From assembly GCA_051439605.1 (NCBI GenBank), contig JBFRWN010000065.1, positions 1 to 64,000 on the forward strand: 64,000 nt of DNA, in the 5' to 3' direction. The translations under genes and the position numbers were made by a program. The notes below the pieces were generated by a model. It did no database searches, had not been told where the DNA came from, and worked only from the letters and a program-made list of their open reading frames with translations. Shown piece after piece: positions 28,802 through 39,717 of the stretch; the stretch's first letter is position 1; the number at the start of each line of letters is the position of its first letter. This DNA comes from Synechococcus sp. GTDB taxonomy: Bacteria > Cyanobacteriota > Cyanobacteriia > Thermostichales > PCC-7336.

Positions 28802-30790
28802 TTAACAATCTTGTGGGTCTGACTCCTTAAGCATCGATTCATCAGTATTGCGAATCGCTCGATCGTCCGGCGAAGGTTTAGGCTCACTGGCTAGATGGCC
28901 ATTTTGAGGTCGCGGCGACAGCAGCCTTTCTAGCGCAGCAGATGCACGAATGTTGAGGTCCCGCTGCGGGAATGGCATTTCTACCTGTTGGCGACGAAAT
29001 TCCGCGTCGATCGCAAAGTTTAGATCGCTGATTAATGGCGAGCGCTCGGCAGGTCTAAAGGTCCAAATCAACAGCTCAAAATTTAAAGCAGAATCGCCAA
29101 ACCCCTGAAACTGAACCTGCGGGGCAGGGGACTGCAGCACTCTCGGATGTTCGCGAGCCACCTTGAGCAGCGCCTGTTTCACAACCTCCGTATCCGAGCC
29201 GTAGGCTACCCCCACGGGGACATGTAGGCGACAGCGGGAATCCCGATACGTCCAGCTAACGACGTTCGATTCCATAAAGCGGGAATTCGGCACAATGACG
29301 TTGATGCTGTCGAGGGTACGGACAATGGTCGCCCGCAGGCTGATGTGTTCTATGGTGCCTAGCAGCCCATCCACCTCAACAAAATCCCCCACCTGAACGG
29401 GACGCTCGAACAGCATGACGATACCGCTGATGAAGTTATTGGTGAGATTTTGTAATCCGATACCAATTCCCAATCCCACAGCACCAGTGGCAATCGCCAG
29501 AGAACTAAAGTTAATTCCCAGCGTCGGCAGCAAAATTAGCATGCCAATAACGGTCAGGACGTACTTGAGAACGATGGCAAACGATTCTCGAGAGCCCACA
29601 TCCTCTACGAAACGAGCCAACAATCGCCGTTTAAGAAGGTTGCTCAGTCGCCTTGCTCCGACAAAGATAAAACTGCCTAAAATCACGAAGGCAGCAATGC
29701 TGAGGATGGAGATGTCGTTGAACAGCAGCGGACGGTCGAAGATTGACCAAGTGGTAACTACCACCTCCCAGAGATGTTGGTAAAGCTTTTGCCGCAATAG
29801 CCGCAGAATGGGCAAGGTGGCCAGAGAGAAGTGCAGTGCCAACACCAGCCAAAGTACCCGCGCCAGCCACCGACCGATCGCGACGGTAAAGTCAATCACT
29901 AGTTTCCAGCTGAAGCCAAACCGTTTAATTGCCCAGATTTTTGCCTGGCGGATCCCGCGATCGCTGACTTTCATGAATACCGCTGCAGCCGCACATATGG
30001 CGATCGCTGCGGCGATACCCAACCCGATCGACCAGGGCTGTCTCCCCTGCAAGCGCGCCCGGCGTATATCCCACTCCGCCTGCAGGGCAGGTCCTAGAAG
30101 CTGGGTCCACTGACGGGCAACTTGCCCCACATCTTCAGTGCTAATCTTCTCGGGCCGTTCGTCTAAGAAAGCGGCTGCATCGTCCTTGGTGACAGTCACT
30201 AGGTGGACAGTGGAGGGTGATTCGGAGTTGCGATTAAATAAGCGAATGATGAATTGCTCGTTGTCATCAAACGCTGCCTCCACTTGGGGAAAGGGAATCC
30301 GACCCTCTTCATTCAGCTGAAGAAAGTTATCGATGCGAGTGCGGACAAGCCCGACACGTTCCTGTGCAGAAAGAGTTGCAAATGACTGAAGTTGAAACAG
30401 TTGTTCTCCTCCCACGACAACGTAAACGCTGGGATCGCGGGGCTGTTGCTGCTCTTCTTTCGACTCGGTCGGTTCTGCGTCGCGTTCTGCATCATTGCGA
30501 TTGCCCGGATTTGTTTGGGCGACAGCTGATGCTGGAGTCAAAGCGATCGTTGCAACTTCAAGCCGATCTGATATGAGCTCTACATCTGGACTGTTATCCA
30601 GTCCAGATGTAGACGGCAGATCTAGGGCAGATGCCTGAGAAGTGCCCGCCGGGTTTGCAACGGCCACAACGTTGACAATCGCCACAAATGCCAATGGAAC
30701 GATTGCCCCCATCGCAACGGCGAGAAATTTTACCAACAGGCTCCAACACAATTGAAGCCTGCGACTAAATAGCTGTTGTTGAACTGACAT
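28802..30790 (-). CDS. MscS-family mechanosensitive channel with long periplasmic N-terminus
   Basis: GIGLQNL.NNFISG..MLFERPVQVGD, VPNS.F, VGVAYGSD, FGDSALNFEL, PFPQRDL. Confidence 0.92.
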   Translation of the reverse strand: MSVQQQLFSRRLQLCWSLLVKFLAVAMGAIVPLAFVAIVNVVAVANPAGTSQASALDLPSTSGLDNSPDVELISDRLEVATIALTPASAVAQTNPGNRNDAERDAEPTESKEEQQQPRDPSVYVVVGGEQLFQLQSFATLSAQERVGLVRTRIDNFLQLNEEGRIPFPQVEAAFDDNEQFIIRLFNRNSESPSTVHLVTVTKDDAAAFLDERPEKISTEDVGQVARQWTQLLGPALQAEWDIRRARLQGRQPWSIGLGIAAAIAICAAAAVFMKVSDRGIRQAKIWAIKRFGFSWKLVIDFTVAIGRWLARVLWLVLALHFSLATLPILRLLRQKLYQHLWEVVVTTWSIFDRPLLFNDISILSIAAFVILGSFIFVGARRLSNLLKRRLLARFVEDVGSRESFAIVLKYVLTVIGMLILLPTLGINFSSLAIATGAVGLGIGIGLQNLTNNFISGIVMLFERPVQVGDFVEVDGLLGTIEHISLRATIVRTLDSINVIVPNSRFMESNVVSWTYRDSRCRLHVPVGVAYGSDTEVVKQALLKVAREHPRVLQSPAPQVQFQGFGDSALNFELLIWTFRPAERSPLISDLNFAIDAEFRRQQVEMPFPQRDLNIRASAALERLLSPRPQNGHLASEPKPSPDDRAIRNTDESMLKESDPQDC

Positions 30791-30800
30791 TACTTAGCGC

Positions 30801-31205
30801 CTACAGGGTTTGCCCGTTATCCCAATCCTGCGAACGCACAAATCGCCTCAAACTGGCGAGCGTCACATTCAACCCTAAATCTAACGGAATCAAGGAAACG
30901 GCTTCCACGTGTAACTGCACCCAGCCATCCCCCCATCGCCATTCGTTCCACCCGTCGATCGCCCCCCACAACGTCAGTACGAGGTGGCTGTCATCCAATT
31001 CCTTCACCTGATGTCCAATGCGGATGGGGCCAAGACGCGAATAAAACTCATCATCAGGGGTGAGTCGAGACGGCAATACAGCCTCCAGACTCTGGGGCCA
31101 TACCCATTGCTGGAGGAGTTCCGCCTCTGTCAAACATCGGGCCAGCATATCGGCGGAAGCATCAACGGCCACCCGCACGGTAGCTGACTGCATGCGCCCA
31201 AACAT
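30801..31205 (-). CDS. Conserved cyanobacterial hypothetical protein (SRPBCC-like)
   Basis: R..VDAS, QWVWPQ, IGHQV, IDGWNEWRWGDGWVQ; 10 nt upstream of the MscS gene. Confidence 0.7.
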   Translation of the reverse strand: MFGRMQSATVRVAVDASADMLARCLTEAELLQQWVWPQSLEAVLPSRLTPDDEFYSRLGPIRIGHQVKELDDSHLVLTLWGAIDGWNEWRWGDGWVQLHVEAVSLIPLDLGLNVTLASLRRFVRSQDWDNGQTL

Positions 31206-31378
31206 ACTCACCCTCCATATACCCTGCATCCATTGTGCCGTTCAAAGTCCATCCTTCCACCTCCCGATTTCGACACATAAAGACCGAACTCTTCGTATCG
31301 TTTCGGACTTAGCCTACTGAGGTTCCAAAAGAAATCTCGATGGCAATGGAAAATTTTTCTTACGCAACAACTCACACC

Positions 31379-31732
31379 CTTTCCCCAGCTTTTTCCCCAA
31401 GCTAGAACGAGTTTTGCCCAATGTTTTCCACAGGTTTCCACAGGTTTTCCACAGGCTGACATCGATCCCTTGCGGGTTTGCGGGAAGTCTGGGGAAAAGA
31501 AAACCAGATTTTGACTCCTCCTACTGGATGACGAATAAATATTAAGTATTTCGTGACTATTCGTCGAGTTTATCGTGCGAGGGTTGCGGATTTTCTCGCG
31601 GCTTTCAGGGTGGAAAGCCGTTGACAGGACCGGTGAAGTTGTGGAAAAAATAGAGCCCTAACGCAACATCTATGTGAACAGCAGCCCAGATTCAACCGCC
31701 AACAACGTGAGGAGATATCAGGCTGTGGAAAA
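31379..31732. repeat. Cluster of cyanobacterial DnaA boxes (TTTTCCACA), oriC/datA-like
   Basis: Perfect boxes at 31424, 31445 (+) and 31640, 31724 (-); 1-2-mismatch boxes at 31379, 31391, 31412, 31434 (+) and 31490, 31609 (-). Confidence 0.75.
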
Positions 31733-31822
31733 TAGCCCTTGCAATCTATCTGTCACGAACAGGGCAAGCACGGCGAGCACCGACTTCTATCAAATACTGT
31801 CATTCTCAGGGGACCGCGAGCG

Positions 31823-32020
31823 ATGAGTACAACCGTCAGCATTTTGACCGAGGTTCCCGAAGAGCTGGTCGAAACATTGCAGTCTTACCTTTCTACTCAC
31901 CCCGACTGGGATCAAGACCGAGTGTTTACGGCCGCTTTATCTCTGTTTTTGTTACAAAATGGCGACACCGATCGTCGGGCCGCCAAGGTTTATCTAAACA
32001 GCCTGTTTCAGCGCTCCTAA
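31823..32020 (+). CDS. DUF2811 family protein
   Basis: VSIL.E.PEEL...L..YL..HPDWDQDRVFTAALSLFLLQNG..DRRAA.VYL. Confidence 0.88.
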   Translation: MSTTVSILTEVPEELVETLQSYLSTHPDWDQDRVFTAALSLFLLQNGDTDRRAAKVYLNSLFQRS

Positions 32021-32114
32021 GTGGTGCATGAACTCCTCCACATGCCGCAGTTCTTAAATACAGCTGAACTGGAAAGAGAGGGACAGTCGCACAACAGTTT
32101 GTGAATCAGCTAGT

Positions 32115-33464
32115 ATGCTCATCCCGTCATTGACGCTTGCCCCCGAACAATTGATGGAGGCGGCCCAAGCAGCCGGAGCCGAAGCAATAGAAATTTATTG
32201 GTTTGCCTCCCATTCTCGACCTGTGACATTCGAAGGCAACCGACTGAAACAGTTGGAGCAGTTGGAATCTTCAGGAATTGCCCTAAGAGTGTGGCAGGAC
32301 GGTCGCTGTGGTTTGGCAGTGGGATGCGGCCCCATTGACATTGACTATCTGGTTGAAAAAGCGATCGCCCTCAGTACCTTAAGTCAACCGACGGAGATAT
32401 TGCTGGCGGAACATTCCCCTCCAACTTGGAACCTATCACCTCCTGACATCACAGTTGAGATATTGGTGGAGATGGGGAAAGCAGGCATTGAACAGTTGAG
32501 GGCAATGCAACCCGACGTGATTTGCAACGGTGAACTCAGCTATAGCGCTGATACCACTGGGTTAATGAATTCTCGAGGATTGCAGTGCCAGTTTGTGGAC
32601 TTCAATACCGATGGGTATTTAGGAGTGGAATGGGTCCGTGGGGAAGATTTTTTGGAGGTAGATTCCGGTCAATCCATCTCCCCTCGACCAGAAGGGGCGG
32701 AGGGATCGTTGCAACCCCAGTTGTGGGTGCAGGCGATTCATCGTCGCTTGCAGTGGGGTCAACAGGTCGTGGAGGTCGCCTCCGGTAACTATCCTGCAAT
32801 TGTTTTGCCCACGGCTGTGGAAATGCTTCTGGACTCTGTCATCGAAGCACTGGATGGACGACAGCTCTCGCGCAAAGCGTCTCCATGGTGGGACAAGCAA
32901 GGCGCTCGCATTGCAACGCCTGACTTCTGCCTCTCTCAGATGCCCTTGTTGGGATCCTATGGAGTGCCGTTTGACGATCAGGGGATCGCCACGCAATCTC
33001 TCGACTTCATTCGCGATGGCGTCATGCAGCAGGGTTACTGCGATCTCCGCTTTGCTCGCAAATTAGGGGTGGAGCCTACAGGGAATGGATTTCGGGGGGG
33101 ACTAAATAGCTATCCTGAACCGGCTCTATTTAACGCTGTACTGCCATGCCCTTCGCGTTCTTTTCCAGAGCTGCTCAAGCGTATGGACACAGGGCTGTTA
33201 ATCGAGCGAGTCATGGGGAACTGTGGAGATGTTTCGGGGGAGTTTTCAGTCTCGGTGGAGCTGGGCTACTGGGTGGAAAACGGCGAGATTGTCGGGCGAG
33301 TAAAAGATGTCATGCTGGCAGGTAATAGCTACGATCTATTACACAAGATTGACGCTTTTGGGGCGGCACCGGACGGGCTGACCTCAGACGGGCGCGATTG
33401 GGCTGGAGCTTACTGCGTTCCTGCTGTTTTAGTCAGCGAATTAGCAGCGATCGCCCGAATATAA
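32115..33464 (+). CDS. TldD/PmbA family protein (PmbA/TldE-like)
   Basis: FEGNRLKQ, PFDDQG, PTGNGFR, SGEFS..V.LG..VENGEI.GRVKD.M.AGN. Confidence 0.87.
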   Translation: MLIPSLTLAPEQLMEAAQAAGAEAIEIYWFASHSRPVTFEGNRLKQLEQLESSGIALRVWQDGRCGLAVGCGPIDIDYLVEKAIALSTLSQPTEILLAEHSPPTWNLSPPDITVEILVEMGKAGIEQLRAMQPDVICNGELSYSADTTGLMNSRGLQCQFVDFNTDGYLGVEWVRGEDFLEVDSGQSISPRPEGAEGSLQPQLWVQAIHRRLQWGQQVVEVASGNYPAIVLPTAVEMLLDSVIEALDGRQLSRKASPWWDKQGARIATPDFCLSQMPLLGSYGVPFDDQGIATQSLDFIRDGVMQQGYCDLRFARKLGVEPTGNGFRGGLNSYPEPALFNAVLPCPSRSFPELLKRMDTGLLIERVMGNCGDVSGEFSVSVELGYWVENGEIVGRVKDVMLAGNSYDLLHKIDAFGAAPDGLTSDGRDWAGAYCVPAVLVSELAAIARI

Positions 33465-33777
33465 TCTCCATCGATCGATCTAACCGCACCCTCGCCTTTC
33501 AACGGTGCCAGGGCCATTTGCGGGAACTGTTGAGGACGACAGACCGTCTTCAACAGATGAAATCTTTTACCATCCGAGCCTGGGGACAAACACGAGGTAC
33601 TAACCAGTCGGGTCAAAATGGCGCCGAGACTACAACAAGATGACCACCCATTCGCAATAATGGCGCCTATCTTTAACGAACCACCGTAAGGTTGCCTCGC
33701 AGGACTGCAATGCCGGTCTGCAGCAATACTTTTATTCGACCCATACCGTCTTTATCTTGAATCGTGAGGAGAATCTC

Positions 33778-34575
33778 ATGCGTCTATCAAAACTTTGGAT
33801 TGTAGCAGGCCTTACTGTAGGCATGGGGATCTCACCTGCTGTATTGGCGGACGTGCCCGATTTAGGTGGGGCCAAGATTAGTGTGGGGTCAGATACGGCC
33901 TATCCTCCATTTGAATATGTGGATGAATCGGGAGAGATAGTTGGTTTTGATGTCGACTTGCTCAATGCTATTTGCGAGCGAGCCAACTGCACAGCAACGT
34001 TTGTGACTGCTGGCTTTGATGGCATTTTTGCAGCACTTGCAGCGGGGGAGTTCGATGCAGTGGCCTCTGCCGTCACCATCACCAAAGAACGCGCCAATGT
34101 GGTCAATTTCTCCCGTCCCTACCTCAATGCCGGTCAGGTGGTCACGGTAGCAGTGGGCAGCGAAATTGAGGGGCCAGAGGATCTGGCAGGAATGGTGGTG
34201 GGGGTTCAGTTAGGTACCACAGGAGACATAGAGGCCAGCAACTATACCCCTGATGACAACATCCGACGATTGGCAACCATTGATTTAGCTATGGCGGCAT
34301 TGGCTCAGGGGGATATTGACGCGGTGATTGCCGATGCCCCCACATCGGTCGATATTGTCACCAAACAGTTTTCCGATAGCCTGCAGATAGTGGGCGCTCC
34401 ATTTACCACCGAGTATTACGGTATTGCCGTTCAACAAGAAACTCCCGAGCTCGCAGGTGCCTTCAACGCGGCGATCGCCGAATTAGCTGAGGACGGCACG
34501 CTGGCTGAGATTGCTGAATCTTGGGGGATTCCGTCTGGGGCTGTGACCGATTTACCCGAGAGTGGTTTGAAATAA
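33778..34575 (+). CDS. Polar/basic amino-acid ABC transporter substrate-binding protein
   Basis: DTAYPPFE, GFDVDL, FDGIF.AL, ITKER...VNFS.PY, GVQ.GTTG, E.YGIA; signal peptide. Confidence 0.92.
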   Translation: MRLSKLWIVAGLTVGMGISPAVLADVPDLGGAKISVGSDTAYPPFEYVDESGEIVGFDVDLLNAICERANCTATFVTAGFDGIFAALAAGEFDAVASAVTITKERANVVNFSRPYLNAGQVVTVAVGSEIEGPEDLAGMVVGVQLGTTGDIEASNYTPDDNIRRLATIDLAMAALAQGDIDAVIADAPTSVDIVTKQFSDSLQIVGAPFTTEYYGIAVQQETPELAGAFNAAIAELAEDGTLAEIAESWGIPSGAVTDLPESGLK

Positions 34576-34635
34576 ACCACCAACTGAGGGGATGAAGAAT
34601 ACTATGGGTTCATTTATCCATAAGGGAGTGAGCCG

Positions 34636-35514
34636 ATGCCCCCTGAGCCCATGCCAGATCGGTCCATGTCTAATCCTGCGACCCGCAATCCTCTCGTATC
34701 CCTTTTCATTCAAGTGCCTTTATGGCTAGTTCTATTAATAGGGCTAGCCCTTGTTATCGTTGTTCAAGTTTTGGGGTCTCCCGATTCCCGCGATATCCTG
34801 GCTATCCTGGCACGCGGATTGGTACTCACCCTCAAGATTTCGGTCACTAGCTATCTGTTGGCCCTAATCATTGGCTTTTTTGCCGGGTTAGGGCGAGTAT
34901 CCAGCAATCCATTGATAAAGGCGATCGCGACTCTCTATGTTGAGGTGATGCGGGGAGTGCCAATCCTTGTGGTGCTGTTGTACGCAGCGTTTGTCATTGC
35001 TCCGGGGTTAGGAAAATTTGTGGGGTCGCTAGCTCCAGATGTAGTAGAGCCAACAGGGCTGACGAACTTAGCAATCGCTGTCTGCGAAGGGATTCAGGGG
35101 GCGCTTCGGTCCAATTTTTGGCGAGCGGTCATTGCACTAGCGATTAGCTACGGGGCGTATTTAGCGGAAGTGTATCGCTCGGGGATTGAGGCGATCGGGT
35201 CGGGGCAAAGGGAGGCGGCGCGGGCATTGGGGTTGAGTCAGTGGCAAACGACGTCGCTGATTGTCATGCCGCAGGCGTTTCGGATTATTTTGCCGCCGTT
35301 GGGCAATGATTTTATTGCGCTTCTGAAGGATTCGTCACTAGCCAGCGTTATCGGTTTGGCAGAGCTGACGCAGCAGACTCGGTTTTACGTTTCGCGAACG
35401 TTTGACACGTTTGGGGGTTGGACGATGGCGGCATTGCTCTATCTGAGCATGACGTTAATTTTGTCCCTAGCTGTAAGGCTCTTGGAGCAATACTCGAAAG
35501 TGAAAGAGCGCTAG
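34636..35514 (+). CDS. Polar amino-acid ABC transporter permease
   Basis: YVEVMRGVP.LV, AY.AEV.RSGI.AI..GQ.EAA.ALG, PQAFR..LPPLGN.FI.LLKDSSL. Confidence 0.92.
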   Translation: MPPEPMPDRSMSNPATRNPLVSLFIQVPLWLVLLIGLALVIVVQVLGSPDSRDILAILARGLVLTLKISVTSYLLALIIGFFAGLGRVSSNPLIKAIATLYVEVMRGVPILVVLLYAAFVIAPGLGKFVGSLAPDVVEPTGLTNLAIAVCEGIQGALRSNFWRAVIALAISYGAYLAEVYRSGIEAIGSGQREAARALGLSQWQTTSLIVMPQAFRIILPPLGNDFIALLKDSSLASVIGLAELTQQTRFYVSRTFDTFGGWTMAALLYLSMTLILSLAVRLLEQYSKVKER

Positions 35515-35624
35515 TCTTGGTATCCTTTAAAAATGAATATTTTTAGCACAATAATAAAACTACATGCGCTGACGGTGTGTCCGACCTCAATAGGGCGTTC
35601 AATTTTACTCGGCACAATATCGAA

Positions 35625-36032
35625 ATGGATCCATTACATTCCACTGATACATTGGGGTTGTTGGCCGGAGCGTTGACTACAGTTGCCTTTTTACCTCAGC
35701 TTGTTAAGACGTGGCGATCGCAGTCGGCAGAAGATGTGTCCATTGGCATGTTTTTGCTGTTCGCAGCAGGTGTGGTGTTATGGGGAATCTATGGTTGGGA
35801 AATTCACGCGCTGCCAGTGATTTTGACGAATATCGTGACCTTTATCTTAGCAGCCGCGATTTTGGTGCTTAAACTCATGTTTGACAAGCGCTCCCAGGAT
35901 GACTCAAACGATGATGTCGCAGACCCCGTTAGCATCAGCCCCCTTGAACCCGAGAATACTGAAGTTCGCCCAGATGACGACCCTACCCATTTGGCAGCGC
36001 TAGAGTCATTCCCTACCCAAGCCCGATCGTAA
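35625..36032 (+). CDS. SemiSWEET (PQ-loop) transporter
   Basis: G..AG.LTT.AFLPQ..KTW.S.SA.D.S..M, LW..YG, P.I.TN; acidic C-terminal tail. Confidence 0.88.
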   Translation: MDPLHSTDTLGLLAGALTTVAFLPQLVKTWRSQSAEDVSIGMFLLFAAGVVLWGIYGWEIHALPVILTNIVTFILAAAILVLKLMFDKRSQDDSNDDVADPVSISPLEPENTEVRPDDDPTHLAALESFPTQARS

Positions 36033-36167
36033 GCTATTGACCCAACCCTCTGGAAAAAGTGCTTGACGAATGGCCACAGGCAAAAGTCACTCCCAATCAA
36101 AAAGCCACACAGATTTTTTATAGGTTTGAAATATAAAACTAGTATTACAGTTGATTAATTCAATCAT

Positions 36168-36818
36168 TTACTCTCGCACTTTCTTAGGATCGAAGGTCGC
36201 TAATTTAGGGATAGAAAATGCTGCAAAGAGAATGGAAATCGCTGCATTCATTTCAAAGACTTCTTCCATAACAGGGTGGTAAACGATGCTCAGGTCTAAA
36301 ATGACCGCTGAACAGAAAAGAAAGAATGCAGAAGCAAGAATATAATAATAGGCAGGATGTTTCTCGACAAACTTTCGGACATTCCGGCCAAATCTTTTCC
36401 ATAAGTACCAAATAACAAAGATGATCGGGATGAGGAGATAGGTTCCCAGCACTTTATAGAACAATGACAAAAAATCGTGGAACGAGTCAATATCTACACC
36501 AATTACCTTTAAGGATGGCGTCTTGAACCACATATTTTTATAGGAAGTTTCCTCCAAAAAGCCCAGCAGGCCAAACAACGGAATTGCGATATAGGTTAAT
36601 TTCCTGGAATGAAACTTTATACGGAGAAGATTTACGATACCAACTAGAAAACCGCACAGAAATAAGAATGCAGTAAATTTATCTAAAATTTGATCGCTAG
36701 AACTCAAGGGATCCTTTAAATGAGGGAACAACAGATCGATCAGAAAGAAAGCAATCGAGTTGACTCCAATAACAACAGCAAAAATTATTAGATTTTGTTT
36801 GGTTCTCAAGACGGACAC
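36168..36818 (-). CDS. Hypothetical AT-rich multi-TM membrane protein
   Basis: About 6 hydrophobic segments; intramembrane LEETS, HD and MEEVFEM motifs. Confidence 0.7.
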   Translation of the reverse strand: MSVLRTKQNLIIFAVVIGVNSIAFFLIDLLFPHLKDPLSSSDQILDKFTAFLFLCGFLVGIVNLLRIKFHSRKLTYIAIPLFGLLGFLEETSYKNMWFKTPSLKVIGVDIDSFHDFLSLFYKVLGTYLLIPIIFVIWYLWKRFGRNVRKFVEKHPAYYYILASAFFLFCSAVILDLSIVYHPVMEEVFEMNAAISILFAAFSIPKLATFDPKKVRE

Positions 36819-37143
36819 ACTTACATTCCTAGTTTGTTAATGGTCATCACCCTTTCCCTTGCCTACCTATAAAATGCGCTAAGACTCATCTTCAGATGAA
36901 GCATCGACAGTATAGAGCGCTGGATGCGTGAAGTTTATCTGTCAATCGGATGTCGATGGCTCGAATCATAATGGCGGTTTGGCAAAACTGAAACCGACCT
37001 ACCGCTGGCTATGTCGTCATGATGTTGTCCTGAATTCTCCTCGGGTGGCAAGAGCAATGAGCCTGCTCAAGCAAAGTTGAAGGCAAGAGACTAGCCCGCA
37101 ATGCCATACATGTCATTGTTAGAGAAACCCGATCGCTTCCCAA

Positions 37144-39717
37144 TTATTTGATGACAAAATTCACCAACTTCTTGGGAACCACAATCACCTTCCGCAGCGT
37201 GCCCTCGGCCATATACTTCTGAGCGGCTTCAGTCTCTCTGGCCAACGCCTCCTGTATATCCTTCGACACATCGGACGGAGCCTCAAACTCACCCCGCCGC
37301 TTGCCGTTGACTTGAATCACAATCGTGACGCTATCAGTCACTAACGCCTCGGCATCAGCCACAGGCCAAGCACTGCAGTGGACCGACTCGCTATGCCCTA
37401 ACTCAGACCACAGCTCTTCAGCAATATGGGGGGCAAACGGCGCTAACAGCTGCACCAGGGTTTGCAGACCCTCTGCATACACCGGAGAGTCTAGCAGCTT
37501 GGAGTCATTGAGAGCGTTGTTGAGCTTCATCAGCTCGGCGATCGCTGTATTGAACTGATAGCCCTCTTCCACATCCTCGGTCACTTCCTGAATGGCAACG
37601 TGAATCGCCCGCCGCAGGTTTTTCTCAGACTTACTCAAATCTCCCGATCGGTAGACCTTCGGTTTCGACTCTTGAGCCACAAAATCATGTACTAAGCGCC
37701 AAACGCGGTTCAGGAAGCGGAATTGCCCTTCCACATCCGCGTCATCCCACTCCAAATCCTTCTCCGGCGGAGCCTTAAACAGGATGAACATGCGAGCGGT
37801 ATCCGCACCGTAATGCTGCAGAACTTCCTTGGGATCGACGCCGTTATACTTCGACTTCGACATCTTTTCGTAGAACACTTCCAGTTTGTTGCCGGTATTG
37901 GGGCTGACAGGATTGTCTAAATCCTCAATTTGCGCTGCTGGAATGTATTCGTTTGTCTTGAGATCTTTGTAGGTCAGCGACTGCACCATACCCTGAGTCA
38001 GTAGACGCTTGAAGGGCTCGTCAACATTGAGCAACCCGCGATCGCGCACCACCTTCGTGAAGAAACGAGAATACAGTAGGTGTAAAATCGCGTGCTCGAT
38101 TCCGCCCACGTACTGATCCACAGGCAGCCAGTCGTTTACCTTCTCGGGCAGAAAGACAGTGTTCTCATTCTTGGCATCGGGATAGCGCAGGAAATACCAC
38201 GAGGAGTCGATGAAGGTATCCATCGTGTCGGTTTCTCGACGGGCTGCTGCACCGCATTTCGGGCAATCCACGTTTACCCAACTTTCCAGCTGGGCGAGGG
38301 GGGACGCGCCACGCCCGGTAAATTCAACCTCGGAAGGCAGTTCAACCGGTAACTGGTCATCGGGGACAGGGACGATGCCACAGTGGGGGCAATGGATGAC
38401 GGGAATGGGGCAACCCCAATACCGTTGGCGGGAAATTAGCCAGTCCCGCAGGCGGTAGTGCACTTGAGCGGTGCCGATCGCCTTTTCTTCCAAATACTCA
38501 ATAACTTTGTTCTTAGCCTCAGGTACCGTCAATCCATCCAGCGGACCGGAATTGCGCAGGACACCAGCAGCGTTATCCACATACGCTTCTGTGAGTTCTG
38601 AGTCTGTTTTGGGGTCGGCATTCGGTGGAAAGACAACGGGCACGATCTCGAGCCCAAACGCAGTCGAAAATTCAAAGTCACGCTGGTCGTGGGCCGGAAC
38701 TGCCATGATTGCCCCAGTGCCGTAACCCATCAGAACGTAGTCGGCAATCCAGATGGGGATTTTGCGGTTGTTGACAGGGTTAATGGCATAGCTGCCAGAA
38801 AACACCCCGGTCTTCTCGCGGTTCTCGTCGGTGCGATCGATTTCGCTCTTGGCTGCAGCTTCCGTTCGATAAACCTCAACCTTTTCCTGCGTTTGCGGAG
38901 TCCAAAGTTCGGGGACCAAGGGATGCTCGGGGGATAGCACCATAAATGTAGCTCCCCAGAGGGTATCGGGACGGGTGGTAAAAACGGGGATTTCTGCACC
39001 CGCTTCGGTCTTAAAGACCACCCGCGCGCCCTTAGACTTACCAATCCAGTTTGCCTGCATGGCCCGTACCTTATCCGGCCAGCCCGGCAGTTTGTCTAAA
39101 TCCTGTAGAAGTTGTTCGGCATAGTCGGTAATTTTGAGAAACCACTGGCGCAGCATGCGCTTTTCCACGACCGCGCCCGATCTCCAGGACTTGCCTTCCG
39201 CATCGACCTGCTCGTTGGCCAACACTGTTTGGTCGATGGGATCCCAGTTAACCGCCGACTCCTTCTGATAGGCCAAACCACCCTCAAAGAACTGTAGGAA
39301 CAACCACTGAGTCCAGCGGTAATAGTCAGGATTGCAGGTGGTCACCTCCCGACCCCAGTCGTAAGACAGTCCTAACTGCTGCAGTTGGGTCCGCATCTGG
39401 GCGATGTTCTGCTTTGTCCACACGGCTGGAGAAATCCCGCGATCGATCGCAGCGTTCTCCGCTGGCAAACCAAACGCATCCCAGCCCATGGGATGCAAGA
39501 CTCGGTAGCCATTCATGCGCTTAAAGCGAGCGATCACATCGGTAATGCTGTAATTGCGCACGTGCCCCATGTGCAGGTTGCCGGAAGGGTACGGAAACAT
39601 CGAAAGCGCGTAGAATTTGGGGCGATCGCCGTCTTTTCCAGTGATGTCAGCCCCCGTATCTTGCCAAGTTTGTTGCCACTTTGGCTCAATCGCTTGGGGA
39701 TTGTAGCGCTCTTCCAC
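37144..39717 (-). CDS. leuS: Leucine--tRNA ligase
   Basis: [20 protein letters not shown] editing domain, KMSKSK; AGGAG + GTG at 39717. Confidence 0.97.
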   Translation of the reverse strand: MEERYNPQAIEPKWQQTWQDTGADITGKDGDRPKFYALSMFPYPSGNLHMGHVRNYSITDVIARFKRMNGYRVLHPMGWDAFGLPAENAAIDRGISPAVWTKQNIAQMRTQLQQLGLSYDWGREVTTCNPDYYRWTQWLFLQFFEGGLAYQKESAVNWDPIDQTVLANEQVDAEGKSWRSGAVVEKRMLRQWFLKITDYAEQLLQDLDKLPGWPDKVRAMQANWIGKSKGARVVFKTEAGAEIPVFTTRPDTLWGATFMVLSPEHPLVPELWTPQTQEKVEVYRTEAAAKSEIDRTDENREKTGVFSGSYAINPVNNRKIPIWIADYVLMGYGTGAIMAVPAHDQRDFEFSTAFGLEIVPVVFPPNADPKTDSELTEAYVDNAAGVLRNSGPLDGLTVPEAKNKVIEYLEEKAIGTAQVHYRLRDWLISRQRYWGCPIPVIHCPHCGIVPVPDDQLPVELPSEVEFTGRGASPLAQLESWVNVDCPKCGAAARRETDTMDTFIDSSWYFLRYPDAKNENTVFLPEKVNDWLPVDQYVGGIEHAILHLLYSRFFTKVVRDRGLLNVDEPFKRLLTQGMVQSLTYKDLKTNEYIPAAQIEDLDNPVSPNTGNKLEVFYEKMSKSKYNGVDPKEVLQHYGADTARMFILFKAPPEKDLEWDDADVEGQFRFLNRVWRLVHDFVAQESKPKVYRSGDLSKSEKNLRRAIHVAIQEVTEDVEEGYQFNTAIAELMKLNNALNDSKLLDSPVYAEGLQTLVQLLAPFAPHIAEELWSELGHSESVHCSAWPVADAEALVTDSVTIVIQVNGKRRGEFEAPSDVSKDIQEALARETEAAQKYMAEGTLRKVIVVPKKLVNFVIK

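Noticed and set aside
31208..31462. 84-aa ORF with repeated CGK/WGK
   Set aside because: The peptide repeats are just translation of the DnaA-box repeats.
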